A stretch of DNA of 64,000 bases from Elsinoe ampelina. Its lineage: Eukaryota. The notes beneath the pieces are model-generated. The model searched no databases. It was not told the origin of the DNA and saw only the letters and a program-made list of their open reading frames with translations. Positions 36,710 through 49,934 of this stretch are shown here, piece by piece (position 1 is the first letter of the stretch; each line of letters opens with the position of its first letter). The stretch covers positions 592,506 to 656,505 of the forward strand of contig ML992508.1 of NCBI GenBank assembly GCA_010093995.1. The letters are read 5' to 3'. A program made the position numbers and the translations under genes.

Positions 36710-39552
36710 TCACAATAGACTCTTCCTCTTACTCAGTGTCCTGAATTGAGCTTGATGTGGACTGCTGACCATTTCCAAATCGTCATCAGCATAGCTTGCC
36801 TTCGTCCCTCCACGTGTGTAGCCTTTTGGCTCATTCCCACTTTCCATGTACAAGTGATCACCTTCTTGCTGTAAGAACCAATTGACCTTGTACTGATCAC
36901 CGTGCGGTCCTGCACCGCAACTTCCCGCCAACAAGTGTGAAGGTGGACTGTTCACGGCCAGAGCAAATAGGTTGGGCGGCTCGCTGAAGTCCGTAACCAG
37001 GCCTCTTTGCCAGAGCAAGTAGATGAGGATAAGCAGATTTGCGATGAAAACGAGGGCTAGGATGATCAGAAAGCCCTTTGATCCGTTATCTAATCCACCA
37101 GAGGCGTATTCCTGGCCACGGACAGAAGCGTTGAAGTACTGGTATTGTGGTGTTTCCAACGGGTTGGAGGTATAGTTCTAGGTCTCATCAGTACCGGTGG
37201 TGTTAATTATGTAGAGGAGAAACCTACCCATTGTTCAGTGTTGAACGGAGAATCGAAAGATGAGAAGAGAAGAGTAGATCCGGCCATGACAGCCAACGCC
37301 TCTGCGACAGAAGGTAAAGCTTTGCTGAGCTGACCGCTACCAAGCAAGAGTTGCATAAGCAGTCTGGAGTTGCTCGCCTTTCCATCGCTTATGCCAGTAT
37401 TCAACGACAGACTGTTCCCCCACTCCAACGCAATGTCGAACCAATCCTTACTTCTGGTCACGTTACCATGCGTGGCATTCCAGTTGCTAACGATGTAGCG
37501 CAGATCGTCCTCGGGATCTCCGCAAACGGCCTCCATGGACCCGCCAGTAGTGGTTGCATTGTAATGTGTCGAGCAGTCAGGTGTCAAACTGGCACTAAGC
37601 TCGCAAATGACATAATTTCCCTCCAAGGGAGAGCCTATTGCCGTGGTGCCACCACCCTGTCCGAGGAGATAGAGTGAGTCTCGACCATAGAAGCCGAATT
37701 GTGTATTGTTGAGGATTGTGTTGTATGGCATGGGATACTTTGAGAATATGGGATATGCTCGGACACTACCAGCACCGGTGCCATACTGAGGACCCCATTT
37801 GAAGATGTCGTCAAGTGCTGTGGTGTTTTTAAAGTTGGTCATGTTGAGACCACCGATTTGTTCAGGCCAGGATGTGATATTCAGGACAGTCTCATTCGAC
37901 CATGCGCTGAAGACAATCGGGTCGAGGTCGGCTTTGTTGGCGGTCTGCACGCATAGTGCATTTACCACCGGGCTTGCTACTGAGGCTCTGACGCTGTAGA
38001 GACCGAGACCATCCAGATCTTGTGGCTGCAGGATTCGGTTGTTAGGATCACGAGCGGCTTGATAGACGCCTGGGTGAGGATACGCAAGGCTAACATTCGT
38101 AATAATCCGACCAGCCTCATCGACCTTGACGGGGTGGATATCGACCCATGGTGCTGTGATGGTTGTGTTCTCGTACATGAGACCAAATCCAGGAGGTCTT
38201 GACGCCTGCTCGCTCGACCCGTTCCCCGCCTTGGTCAGCGTAGCCCAATTGGACATGTATCGTTGGTAGTTGAGGAATGACTGGGCAGAATTTTGGATCT
38301 GGAAGCAAGTACTTTCGGCATATTCGGGGTCCATACTGCTTGTGATTGGTGTTTCGCAACTTCCATGAACGTGTCTGACATTGGCGAACGACGACTGAAC
38401 CAATCCTCCCATGATACGGTGCTCCCATTTGCTGTAGCGAAGTTGTGGTTGCACGAGTGCTTGAGCCGCAGTTGTATATAATGTGGCGAGGATGGTAGCA
38501 ACCAGACTGACGACACCGAGGATGGATATAGCACCATACTTGACACTCGATGGATGGGTGAACATGGTGCCAGGTTGAAGAACCCAATTCCTCATACTCA
38601 ACTCGGCCAGAGTGACACCTCTGCCTTGGGTCTTGTTGAATGCTCGTCGCGAGAGAGCCTGTCCCAGGAAGGTGACCACGACCGCCACGAATGAGATTTC
38701 GATAGCCTTTGCAAAGACGTTTGTGAGGACGATGGCGTCGGACGGGGTGAAGCCACCGCTTGTCTTGATACTGCTACCCCACCGCTTTTCCATGAGAGCA
38801 ATGACCAGAAATATGCCGGAAAATATGGTGGAGAAGACAGCGAAGAGGATCAAAGAAAAGGCGAACCATGAACAACCTCTTTCGTAGAATGGGCGGGCTG
38901 GTGGACAGGCGTGAGGAGGATGGAAGTTGACATCGTAGGCTGATCTTGCTCCAGGTGTGGATGACCTTGCAAATGGTACATCATCCGCAATGTGGAATGA
39001 CTTCTGATAGCTTGATTGTAGAGAGTTCATGGAAGGTGTCTGACGCTTATGCCGCATGCTTTCGGCAGGAAGTTCGAACGCACCGGGGCCGCCATAGCTG
39101 GTCTCTTGATGTGGATGAGAGAAGCTGCTGAGATCAGGCAAGCTGGTTGGCGACTTGAAGAATCTGCCCGAACTCGGCGTGTTGTCTTCATTTGAGAGTC
39201 GTCTGTTGCTTGGAGAGTCTCTGGGTGTAGTCTGTATCGACACCCTCTTTGGACTTTTGACCTTTTTGGCTTGCGTGGCTAGACCGAGACCATTTCCGGT
39301 GCTGCTCGAGGTGAAGGCGTCGACCACATCATCCTCGCCATGGTCTGAACTGTTTCGGTCGGCGGTGTCATCTGCGGTTGAGTCTAACCGATGATATGCT
39401 TGACGATTGGCACTGGGTAGGACGATGCCACCGAATATGGAGTTTGCTGTTGTGGTCTCGTCGGAAACATTTCGAGAATGGTGAGCTGATGAGATAAAGG
39501 ACGAAGTTTCCCCATGGTCTTGAGGACCCTTCTTGTCATCTTTGGCGTCCAT
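36710..39552 (-). CDS. Multi-pass membrane protein of unknown function; intron 37178-37227
   Basis: The 781-aa ORF joins the 149-aa ORF through a GTAGGT...CTAG intron (TEQW|NYTS). Three N-terminal and one or two C-terminal TM segments flank a luminal N-glycosylated region. Confidence 0.8.
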
Positions 39553-40782
39553 GGTGTGGATCCGACGGACTCAAGCCCGATCGCGGCAAACTAGCGGGGC
39601 TGAAGCGCTGCTCGGTGTGCTGGCTATTCTCATGCTGCGCATACGAAGAGGAGAAGTTCTGTGTTCGTAATTCTGTTGTTGTTGTCTTCAGAGATCTGCA
39701 ATTACGTCGGGGGAAAGCATAAACTTTTCCGAGTGAGACAGCAGAGCATGCAAGTCAAATACGAAGGGATCGTCACGGAACCGTCGAGTGAGTTTGCTCT
39801 CCAACTCGACCGAGAGTCTGAGCTGAAGCTGCGCCAATGCGTCCCGAAGGTTCCTAAAGTAGATGGTGGGTGATCTTTGACCAATGCTCGAGCGTCCATG
39901 TGGCCACTGTGGCGTGCAGATGCCGGTGTGATGGGTTCTGCTGTGCCTCTGGAACGCTGGTATCTATAGTGTCGGTATCGATAGACCGTCTTAGGAGCCC
40001 ATTCATGCAGTAGCGGCTTTGCTCGGCGCAGCAACTAGCGGCGCGCAATGGAGGGAACGTCAAGATATGCTATCTAAATGTCAAGAGCGCCTGCGGGTGT
40101 CTGTGTAACGAGCATCCCTGTCCTGCCAGCGGCGCGCATTGAGACATGAAAGGAGGTGGCATGTGGCCCAGTGCGGCAAAGTTGAAAGATTGTAGGAGAG
40201 TAATAACAACCAGGCTGCAGCCGCGATCGTTGTTGGACTTGCACTGCCCTACCCATGAACAAGATGAGTCGCTAGGCTTGAGTTGTGTCGCTTAGGCAAA
40301 GGAGGACAATGCAGTCCTGCAGGTGAATGCCTGAGGCATAGCATAAGGTAAGGTAACTGCCACGTCCCCGACACTGGTGAAGGTGGGCATGAAAAATGCC
40401 CCGCAGTGACGAATTCCACGGGCCCAGACCTCGCCAGGCACGGCAGAGTTGCCCCACCAGGTCGTCACCCTCCATCAGGGCATCAATCCAACTTTCAGCT
40501 TGCAATTCCATCTTGCTCTTTGCACTTTGAGCTGTGAGAATCATTTCACGTCCTTTAACCATCTCGAGCATCAAATCCATCACGTCAAAAGTGAGTTCCG
40601 TCTTCCGGGACGCCAGCCGGTGTCTATTGAAACATTGAAGCTCCACCGCAAGTTTCGAGCTCAGAGCTTGTACACATGTTATCTTGACAGCAAATCTCTC
40701 CTTTCACATGACCCATCACATTCAATCTGATCTGTCCAATCTATTGCATCTTCTGACACAGGACAGCAGCAACATCATCACC

Positions 40783-41902
40783 ATGTCTTCAGGCGACTAC
40801 TACGGAGGCAACTCAGGCGGAGGACGCCGCTATGATGACGACGACCGTCGTGACGACCGACGAGACGATCGCCGCAACGATGGATACAGTGGAGGCGGAG
40901 GCGGAGGTTACGGCGGCGGAAGAGACGATGACAGGCGTGAAGACCGCTACGGTGGAGGCCAGGGCGGAGGATACGGAGGTGGGGGACAATCGGGCGGATA
41001 CGGAGGAGGCCGTGACGACGATCGTCGCAATGACAACTACGGCGGGAACCAGGGCGGTGGCTACGGAGGCGGGCACGGTGGAGGCAGAGATGATCGACAG
41101 GATGACCGTCCTAGCGGAGGATATGGCGGAGGATCAGGTGGCGGTTATGGCCGTGACGATGACCGACGTGATGACCGTCCGAGTGGCGGATATGGTGGTA
41201 ACCAAGGAGGCGGATACGGCGGAAACCAGGGCGGTGACTCCGGCTATGAGCAGCGCTTCGGCAGTGGCCAGCAAGGAGGTGGTGGCTCTGGATACGGACA
41301 CTCATCTGGCACGAGCTATGGTGGAGGTGGAGCACACGGCGGATCCAGCGACGACTTTTCAGGTGCTGCTCAGCACGCCAGCCAGCATGCTGGCAACTCG
41401 GGCGATACAAACCTCTTCTCTTCCATCTTGAGCTCGCTTGGCAACAAGAAGGACGACAAAGACGACTATGATGAGGATGACGCCGTCAAGCAGCACCAAA
41501 ACTTTTACGGAAGTGGCGGAAGCTCCCACCAGGCCAGCAACAGCTCCATGGGTAGCGCTGCTGCCATGCAAGCGTTGAAGATGTACAGCGGCGGACAAGG
41601 TGGTTCGGGCGGCAAGTCCCAGAACGAGTTTATCGGTCTTGCCATGGCACAAGCCGCAAAGCTGTTCGGTAGGTGATCTTTTGGGCCATGTTTCGAGCAC
41701 TCGCTAATCGTATCCAGATCAGCAGTCATCCCAAGGCAACGTCAGCCAAGGGGCTAACAAGCAGGACGCTGTCGGCTCTGCTGCTCAGATGGCATTGAAG
41801 ATGTACATGAAGAGCGAGATGGGAGGTGGCGGAAGCAGCGGTGGAGGCAGCGGTGGTGGCGTCGGTGGACTGCTCAACCTGGCATCCAAGTTTATGAAGT
41901 AG
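40783..41902 (+). CDS. Glycine-rich 'beta-flanking'-type protein; intron 41669-41717
   Basis: GGGYGG/RDDDRR repeats followed by MGSAAAMQALKMY...FIGLAMAQAAKLF|DQQSSQG...LLNLASKFMK. Confidence 0.8.
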
Positions 41903-42798
41903 TCATCTCGCCATGCCATCGACGACACGAAATGCGGAGGGACAAAAGTACATGAGTCGAGATGGCCAAAAATAACATTTACAAGTGTTTGGATCAACCA
42001 GTGACTGACTCGTGATTGATACAAGCAGATCTGGTTGTTAACCCGATGTCACGAGCTTCATCCGAACCTCCTGAAATATGCTTGCTTGCTCATTCATCTT
42101 AGGCGACGTTGCTATCGATTGAATTGCCATCGTACCGCACGAACATTTTGACATGTCTCAGGAGGAAGCGTTTCCCTCGTTTCTTTGCAAGAGCCAGTTG
42201 CAATTAAAGTCGCCGGTCAAACTAAGCTCGAAGCAGTTTAGCTTCCAATAACGTCCTGAATCTGCTTCCACAATCGGACTTTCTTCCTCTACCAACATCA
42301 CCCAAAGGTCCCAAATCACCTCGCTGCATCTACAGTAGGTCGTTGCGCCCCTCCTGACCATGGCTACCCGCCGAGGTCAATTTGACTTCTCAAGGACCCT
42401 TTGATTGGGCCCTTCAACCGCTGGTTTGGACAGGTAGGATGTTGTGGGAGATGGGGTGCTTTCATTTCATGCATCTCTGCCATGCTCTACGCCATGTCTT
42501 TCATTATCCCTTGACCGAGACCAACGAGGCCGGCCTGACTACTTTTGTACTTGCATATCTGCACAGCTCTTCGTCTTCTCTTTTCCTTCCACCATCTCTC
42601 TACATACACAGCTACATCCGACTAATCTCCATTCGCGACTGCTTCACTGCTTGTCGCTTCTGTACAGCTCGAGCTTGGAACATTGATACCCACGAAACAA
42701 CACTGCCGCTTCACTCATTCAGCGCTTTTGCCTACGAACGATTTATACGCCAAATACACGGATCACATCCATATCAATCTTAATTCTAATCCTACAAA

Positions 42799-43908
42799 AT
42801 GAAGACCTCAACTCTCATCAACCTTGCCTCTACAGGTCTCGCGCTCGCAGCTCCAGCCAAACTTCAGCCTCTCCGCACACGATCCATCTCCCACCTTCCA
42901 CCAGACCTCTATGCCTCTCCCGACCCTTCCTTCGCCGGAGCCCCAATCGTCCTCTCCAACCCACCTCCACCACCTTCCTCCCTTTCTCCCGGACCCGGCC
43001 GCTATGCCATGACCTACACACCCTACACCTCCGACGGCCTCTGCAAAACCTACGACACCATCTCCACCGACATCGCCCGCATCTCCACCGCCGGCTTCTC
43101 CGCCGTCCGTCTCTATGCTACCGATTGCCACGCCGTGCACTCCGTCGGCAGCGCCGCCCTCAACTCCTCCCTCCAACTAATCCTCGGCCTCCACGTCTCC
43201 GAAACCGGCACCAACACCACCTCCATCGTCCAACAAGTCTCCCAAATCGTCGACTTCATGACCCTCTCCCCCACCCACCTCGCCGCCATCGACCTCCTCG
43301 TCATCGGCAACGAAGCCCTCTTCAACGACTACACCACCCCTTCCTCCCTCGCCTCTCTCGTCCGCGAAGTCCGCTCCACAGTCCGCCAAATCGGCTACCT
43401 CGGCCCCGTCACCACCGCCGAACCCTACGGCACATTCATGCAGCACGCCGAGATCCTGTGCCCGGCAATCGACATCGTCGCCGCCAACCTCCTCCCCTTC
43501 TTCCACGCCGACGTCTCGGCGAAAACGGCAGGTGATTTCGTCGCTCAGCAGATGGACTCCCTCGACGGTCTGTGCGAGGAGGTGGAGTACACTCTGCACC
43601 GCAACGAGGTGGCGACGCAGGAGTCTGTCCAGGAGGAGAAGGCGCGGTTGGAGGGGTTGCAGGAGAGGCATATGGTTACGTCTCGCGGGAACAAGGCGGT
43701 TTTGGCCATGGAGGTGGGGTGGCCTAGTCATGGGAGCGCGAATGGGGAGGCGGTGCCTGGCGTGGCGGAGCAGAGGAGTGCGATGGCCGGGATGAGTGAA
43801 GCGATTGGGAGCCGGGCGGTGTTTACGGGGTTTGCGGATGATGAGTGGAGGGAGCCTGGGGATTTTGGGGTCGAGGTGCATTGGGGGGCGGTGGAGGTTT
43901 TTGAGTAA
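42799..43908 (+). CDS. Secreted GH17 beta-1,3-glucanase/glucanosyltransferase (Scw4/BtgE-like)
   Basis: Signal peptide; MTYTPY, VRLYATDC, VIGNEAL, VTTAEP, PFFH, EVGWPSHG. Confidence 0.88.
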   Translation: MKTSTLINLASTGLALAAPAKLQPLRTRSISHLPPDLYASPDPSFAGAPIVLSNPPPPPSSLSPGPGRYAMTYTPYTSDGLCKTYDTISTDIARISTAGFSAVRLYATDCHAVHSVGSAALNSSLQLILGLHVSETGTNTTSIVQQVSQIVDFMTLSPTHLAAIDLLVIGNEALFNDYTTPSSLASLVREVRSTVRQIGYLGPVTTAEPYGTFMQHAEILCPAIDIVAANLLPFFHADVSAKTAGDFVAQQMDSLDGLCEEVEYTLHRNEVATQESVQEEKARLEGLQERHMVTSRGNKAVLAMEVGWPSHGSANGEAVPGVAEQRSAMAGMSEAIGSRAVFTGFADDEWREPGDFGVEVHWGAVEVFE

Positions 43909-44222
43909 GGGGCGAGGGAAATGGGTTATGATTAGGGAAAAGCACGGTGTTTGGGGGGAGTCATTCTTGTGGATATCTTATGAATCTTCTTTGTTCCGGC
44001 CTAAATCTTGTCCCTTTGCCGACTGTGGAGCCTCGATTGAATGCAATTTTAAGCATACCTTGCAAGCCCCAGCCCTCTTCCAGCCAGAATTGCGCTTCCA
44101 CCCCTATATCAGTACCAACCTCGATACTCTCAGTCTCTTCTCTCGCCTCCCCCGCAACCACCTCCTCTACCTCCCCTCCCACATCCTCCCTCTCCGTTAG
44201 CATCTGCACATCAAGCAACCCC

Positions 44223-45073
44223 TCACATCTCCCCACACTCCCCGACCACAACATCGATAATCGGCTTATCATTCGGGTTCGTCCGCACCTGCTCAATCTT
44301 CCGAATGACATTCATGCCCTCGCTGTTAGCATCAGGCGAAAGAACCCTCCCAAAACACACATGCTTCCCATTGAGATGAGGTGTAGCCGCCGTAGTGATG
44401 AAGAATTGAGAGCCATTGGTGTTGGGGCCCGCGTTCTGGTCTCGTATCAGCCGACAGCTCTACACCGGGGTGGTAGCACGGGATCTCGTGAGGCAGGAGA
44501 GGGACAAAGGATAGGCGAGGGCAAAGGGGAGGTTGTGGGAGGACACATACCGCCATTGAGAGCAGTCCGGGTCCGCTGTGCTGCACGTCAAAGTTCTCGT
44601 CTGCGAACTTGCCCGTGCCGTAGATGCATTCGCCTCCTGTGCCGTCGCCGTTGGTGAAGTCGCCGCCTTGGAGCATGAAGCCTGATATCTGGCCCTGGTC
44701 AGTGTGTGTTTGATGGGTTTCTTGTGATCCACTATCATGGTGGGGTTGCTAAGTGCAACAGGTGCAATTGGAAATGATGGAATGCAGGAGATTCGGCCAG
44801 ATGAAGAAGGAAAGATCAAGGGGCACTGAGAGAAGGACTCACCACTCGATGGAATTTACTCCCTTTGTATCCCACTGGTCGACCATTTTTGCGGTACTCC
44901 CCCGTGCATAATTGGCGGAAATTCTCTGCTGTGCGTGGAGTGATGTCGTTGAATAGCTCGAACTTGACCCGACCCAGAGGCTCGCCTCCTAATTTGATGT
45001 CGAAGAACACCACTGGATTGGTTGATGTACGGAGCTCTGAGTGAAGAGGTTTGGGTGGTGGGGCGGAGGTCAT
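44223..45073 (-). CDS. Cyclophilin-type PPIase, most like spliceosomal cyclophilin H; introns 44689-44842 and 44436-44550
   Basis: [51 protein letters not shown]...[16 protein letters not shown]...CGEM*. Confidence 0.92.
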
Positions 45074-45502
45074 TGTGTGCTCAAAAACGGATGATGCGGT
45101 TGTTTGAATGGCTCGAATCAATCGTCCTAGGTCTATCAGATTAAGCTTGTGTCCCTCGTGTTCTTTGATAGTAAATGGGTGGCGATGTCCGGTGAATGAG
45201 AAAGTGAAAGGGGCGTCGTGGCGGAAGAGTCTTCACCACCACGCTTGATATCTTACTTTCACAATTCAACCATCCTTCATGGACATCAAAAGCTCGTAGT
45301 CATATCGAGAGCAGAAAGGACACCTTGCACATGCCCGAAACACTATTAACAGTGCACTACCCGACAATGACTCCATCTCACCCCACCACCACGCCTTTCC
45401 ACGCCCTACGAAGCCGCTAGCTCAAGCCTGCACAACTCCTTATAACCCCTTCCCAAAAGCCCATCACACATACCCACCACTACCCCCCTTTCTCTCAACA
45501 CA

Positions 45503-46531
45503 ATGTCCACCCCCTCGCAAATCCTCCCTCTACTCCTCCCCCCCTCCTCCCTCCTCCCCACCCCAACCACCCTCCCCCTCCTCTCCTCCATCCAACGCCT
45601 CCTCAACACCGGCTTCCACGAAACCCACTCCCTCCGCCCCGACATCTTCGGAACCAACTTCACCCGCCTCGGCACACCAGAGCAAGTCGCCTCCCTCCCC
45701 GGCCCGCACGGCTTCACCATCATTCTCGTCGAAATCCAACCCGGCGGACGAGCCACTTCCGAGCCCGACCAAGGGGTCGGCAGTGGTGATGGTGTGGCGC
45801 CGACAGCACGTGTAGTTGCCACGGGATCCGTGGTCGACTTTGGCACAGGACCCGTGGAGGAATACGTCCAGCGCGCGAAGAAGAAGGGGGGTCCGGCGTG
45901 GGAGGATCAGAGGGTGGTGGCGGCGCGGGCGGAGGCGGCGCGGGTGCGTGGGGATGTGGGTGGGGCGATGGCGCTTGGGAGTGGCGCGATGGGAGCAAGT
46001 GCGAGACGGGATGGGGCGGAACTGGATGGTGGTTCTGCTGCTGCTGCTGGTGCCCGGGGGGTGGAGACGGTGGAGGACGAGAAGGTGTCGAAGTTTGAGA
46101 TTACGGCTTTTGCGGTCGATCCGGACGTGCAGGCGCGTGGGTTGGGGGCGAGGGTGTTGGAGGAGATCAAGTGGGTGACTGAGCGGGGGCTTTATGGGGG
46201 AAAGCTACGAGGGCGAATGAAGGATGAGCGTGTGTTGTCGAGTGTACGGCTGGAAAGTCAAGGGAAGGGAGGCGAGGTTACGGGTATCGATGTGGACAAG
46301 CTCAGACGATTGGAGCAGGAGGGCACAGGGAATGTATTGAATGGTTCAGAGCAACATGGCAATGTGGATACGGATCAGCCAGAGCTTGTTCTCACGTGCG
46401 TCAGGGAACTGGGTACGGAGCAATACTACCAACGACGAGGGTTCAAGACGGTGGCGACAGGGACGGTACCGGCGGGCATGTGGGGGGCGAAGAAGGAATG
46501 TACATGGGCGTACATGGAGGCAGGGACATGA
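45503..46531 (+). CDS. GNAT-family acetyltransferase-like protein
   Basis: FAVDPDVQARGLGARVL acetyl-CoA-binding motif A; YYQRRGF motif B. Confidence 0.75.
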   Translation: MSTPSQILPLLLPPSSLLPTPTTLPLLSSIQRLLNTGFHETHSLRPDIFGTNFTRLGTPEQVASLPGPHGFTIILVEIQPGGRATSEPDQGVGSGDGVAPTARVVATGSVVDFGTGPVEEYVQRAKKKGGPAWEDQRVVAARAEAARVRGDVGGAMALGSGAMGASARRDGAELDGGSAAAAGARGVETVEDEKVSKFEITAFAVDPDVQARGLGARVLEEIKWVTERGLYGGKLRGRMKDERVLSSVRLESQGKGGEVTGIDVDKLRRLEQEGTGNVLNGSEQHGNVDTDQPELVLTCVRELGTEQYYQRRGFKTVATGTVPAGMWGAKKECTWAYMEAGT

Positions 46532-46866
46532 TGTGAGTCACCTGTGAGCTATTAAATAAGATGCATACACAATGGCACAGCTATTGGACAGTGAAGATAT
46601 AGACATATACTGAATCATGATATCTACCCATCCAAGACACCCGCTACCCGAGACCAACCACACCTTTCCGCCGTCATACAATGAACGTCCATGTCTCAGC
46701 TTTTGCTGCCGTAGCAGCCTATACATGTACAAGAGAAGAAAACATCTTCAAGATGCTGACTAGTCTGCTGTCTGCAGCTAGAAAGCAGAGGAATGTTGTA
46801 GTGCAGGAATGCAACGGCTGAACGATGGGAATATATGCAATCAACTACTTCAAACATTCAGCTCGG

Positions 46867-48246
46867 TCATGACCGCGCCGGGGTAGCTGCAGCACCGGGC
46901 TGGTTTGCAGTACCCGCCTCCAGCGCTGCTGGCGTGGGCTCTGCCGGTTGCTGATGCGGTGTGGGTTGTTCGCCACTTCTCCGAAGCGGGTTGTGCAGAC
47001 GAGGGATCTGGAGCATGCGACTCCGCCAGCCACTGCCTCGTGATTGATTCGGTTCCCGTCGTTCGCCTGATTGCACGTTTTGTTGTTGTGCTTGGTGTCC
47101 CACTGGGCCGTTGACCATGAAGAATCGTGGACCAGTGAGGACGCGGAATGGAAGACCACCTCGTCCACCGCCGCCAAAGTAAGCCAGCGATGGTTGTTGC
47201 GGTGGCTGCGTAACATCGGTCTCAGCGCGTGGCTTTGGCACGTAGTAGTCTGCCTTGCACAGCGGGCAACATGCTCGGCGGGAGGTGAGCCATGGATCTA
47301 CGCAAGCAGCATGGAAAGCATGACCACACGTAAGACCTCGGACGTCGTCATCATCTTCGAGGTTGTCGATGCAAATAGCGCAGGTATCGCCAGGCATTGA
47401 AAGCATTTCTGGTTGGACTGGAGCACGAATTGGGTCGTCGTCGTTGTCCGAGTCGTCATCTGATGATACTCGAGCATTGGGAGGCTGTGCCGTTGAGTTT
47501 CGTGCGGTCGAGGTCGGTTCAGCAGGCTTTTGCTCTGTCTTTTCCGTACCTAATGATGGCGAAGTGATTGGTGAAGTGGCGGACGACTGTTCAGGAGCGG
47601 GTGATGCGACTCGAGAATTGACATCTGGTCGGGGTGACGCCACACGTAGTGATTCTGTTTGTTGCATAGCCGGAGATTTCGACGCATGATCGTGCTGAGC
47701 AAGTTCAAGAGTGTTTGTGACATGTCCAGTAGAGCCATCCTCCACCGTACTTCCATTTCCGACAGGCTCAGTGACGCCCTCAACATCCTTGACACTGGCA
47801 GCTCTGCTAGGTGGCGCAGTGACACCGCCTTCGGTTGGAAGACCATCTTCGGCCCTCTTAACCCTCCACGCCTTGTACTTCATGAGGGGGAACCTCTCAT
47901 TCACTTCATCCATTGTCATGAGCTTCTTCTCTCTCCTTCTCCTTTGCGGCCGTGGTACTGCCATCAAATCTATCGGATTCCCATCCTCGCCCAGGGCTCT
48001 CTGTCGATTCCGCTGGTTGTACCTGAAGCAGTACTTTACACCGACAATGATCCTGAGACAAAGATTAGAGGAGAGAGGATTCACTCAGCGAGATTAAGCA
48101 TACCATAAATTGGTGAACACGACACCGAAACCCAGCGCCACGAAGAAGAGCAATGGGGAACTCGTTGGGCCATTATTGTTGTTGTTGTTCGACGCTGGCG
48201 TGGCCGTCGGCGAAGGCATCGCCGAGGTGGATGAAGCGGACGCCAT
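46867..48246 (-). CDS. Membrane-anchored RING-H2 E3 ligase-like protein; intron 48053-48103
   Basis: SSPLLFFVALGFGVVFTNLW|IIVGVKYCFRYN; CAICIDNLEDDDDVRGLTCGHAFHAACVDPWL...CPLCK. Confidence 0.9.
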
Positions 48247-49934
48247 TGTTGATGTTGGTTTTGATCAGCAGACGCAGTGAAGGTCTCTAATCGATATGGG
48301 AAAGCAGCGAGAGAGAAGAAGCGTAGAGGTCGAGACCCGGTTGTGACAAAAGTGGAGTCAAATGCGACGGCCAATATCCGTTTCGGCGGGCGTCATATAG
48401 CGGACGGAAGAAGCGTTGGTATTGTTCCTTCTCTTCGTCAACGGGCGGTGACGGATGCTTAGATGCGATAGAGGAGCGGTCCAACGTCGTCGCGTGGAAG
48501 TCGTAGAGGTTGACGACGATATGTGAGACAGCCGTGAGAGGCGGTGGAGAAGGGATGTTGCGGACGTGGTTGGTGGTTGGTGAGAGGCGAAACTTGCTTG
48601 GGATCTCTTTGGTGCAAGAAGTGGCTTTCGGTATCGCGGGCTTTCGTAATCTCTGGGCAAATCCGGATGCGGAGGAGCGCCAGGCCCAGTCAGATTTCGG
48701 ATGCGTGTGTTGGCCGATCACGTTTGGGAAGAAACACTTTGCAAGCAGTGATTAGCTTTACAAATGAAGGTAGAAACACAAAGGCAAACCCAAGGCTGTG
48801 CAAAAGGATTCTCACTATCCACACTGCCCATGAATAATTCATCCACTCGCTTGAGCAGGGTCGCCGAGCCCTTTCCATCCATCGCCCAGCACTCTTCACA
48901 CCACAGGACCACACTAGTCGATGACGGCCTTACTCCACACCATCTCACCTCTGCAGTGACTTCATATTCTCCGGCATCTCACGGCCGCTCCATCAAACGC
49001 AGGGACCCCTCTCAGGCCAGCAAAAGAGGCTCAAGATGCAATGGTTCGTCGATCCCTCGGGGCCAAACATCACGATAACTGGAGCCCATCTTGATCATGA
49101 CGACGCTCCTGTGCCCGTGTACCTTTGCACAACCATCTGACCCCATGCCTCATCACCCGGAGATTCCTTGCAGCGCACCAGTAAGCAAGCCCCGCCGATC
49201 TCACACTCTAAACTCTACCGCTGCATCTCGACCACGCCAACGTTCCCCGAGCTGTAGACTTCACTTAGCCCACCGCCCTCGCACTCAAACGCCGGAAGAA
49301 CGTGAACCAGACCGACGTGTCTCTCCTCTGCACCCGTCCAACCAGAGAAGACCACCTGCCCGCCGTCTATTCTCAGTAGGCCAAGTCAAAGTCCGGCCAA
49401 AAGCCGACTATGATTATTCACCCGTCGAATCTTGCCTCGCGGGGAGATTCTCGGCCCTGGCTTGGGTGGAATCTCGCCTTTTGCAAAGCAGAGGGGGCCA
49501 AGCGGCCCTCCCACTGTCCAAGAAGGGAAGCTGCGTGGCCTCGTCAGCCACTTTTTTGGAAATGTGTGGGGTCGCTAGGGAGGGGTCCGCTTGCTTCCAG
49601 AAGGCATGGGGATTGCTCGACTTGTGACGCAGGGCATGTCGGAAAATTGTGCATGACATCCGGAGTATGCAGGCTAGCCCTGATATCATTGTTGGTGCCT
49701 GTGTTGAACCATGGACGTTTACAAGAGAGCTTTGGCTGTATCCACTACTGCGTAACCAGAGTGTCTTCATCCATGGATACACTGCTCATCATCACCATCT
49801 CGAGCACAACACGCAAGACATGTGAAACAGAAAGCAGCAGCCTGCCAGACTATCCATAATGCTATACTGCAACCCTTGCCATCTCAAGGCAAAAGCTATC
49901 CCTCCAGGTAAAATGCCACACCCCCAATGCAACC

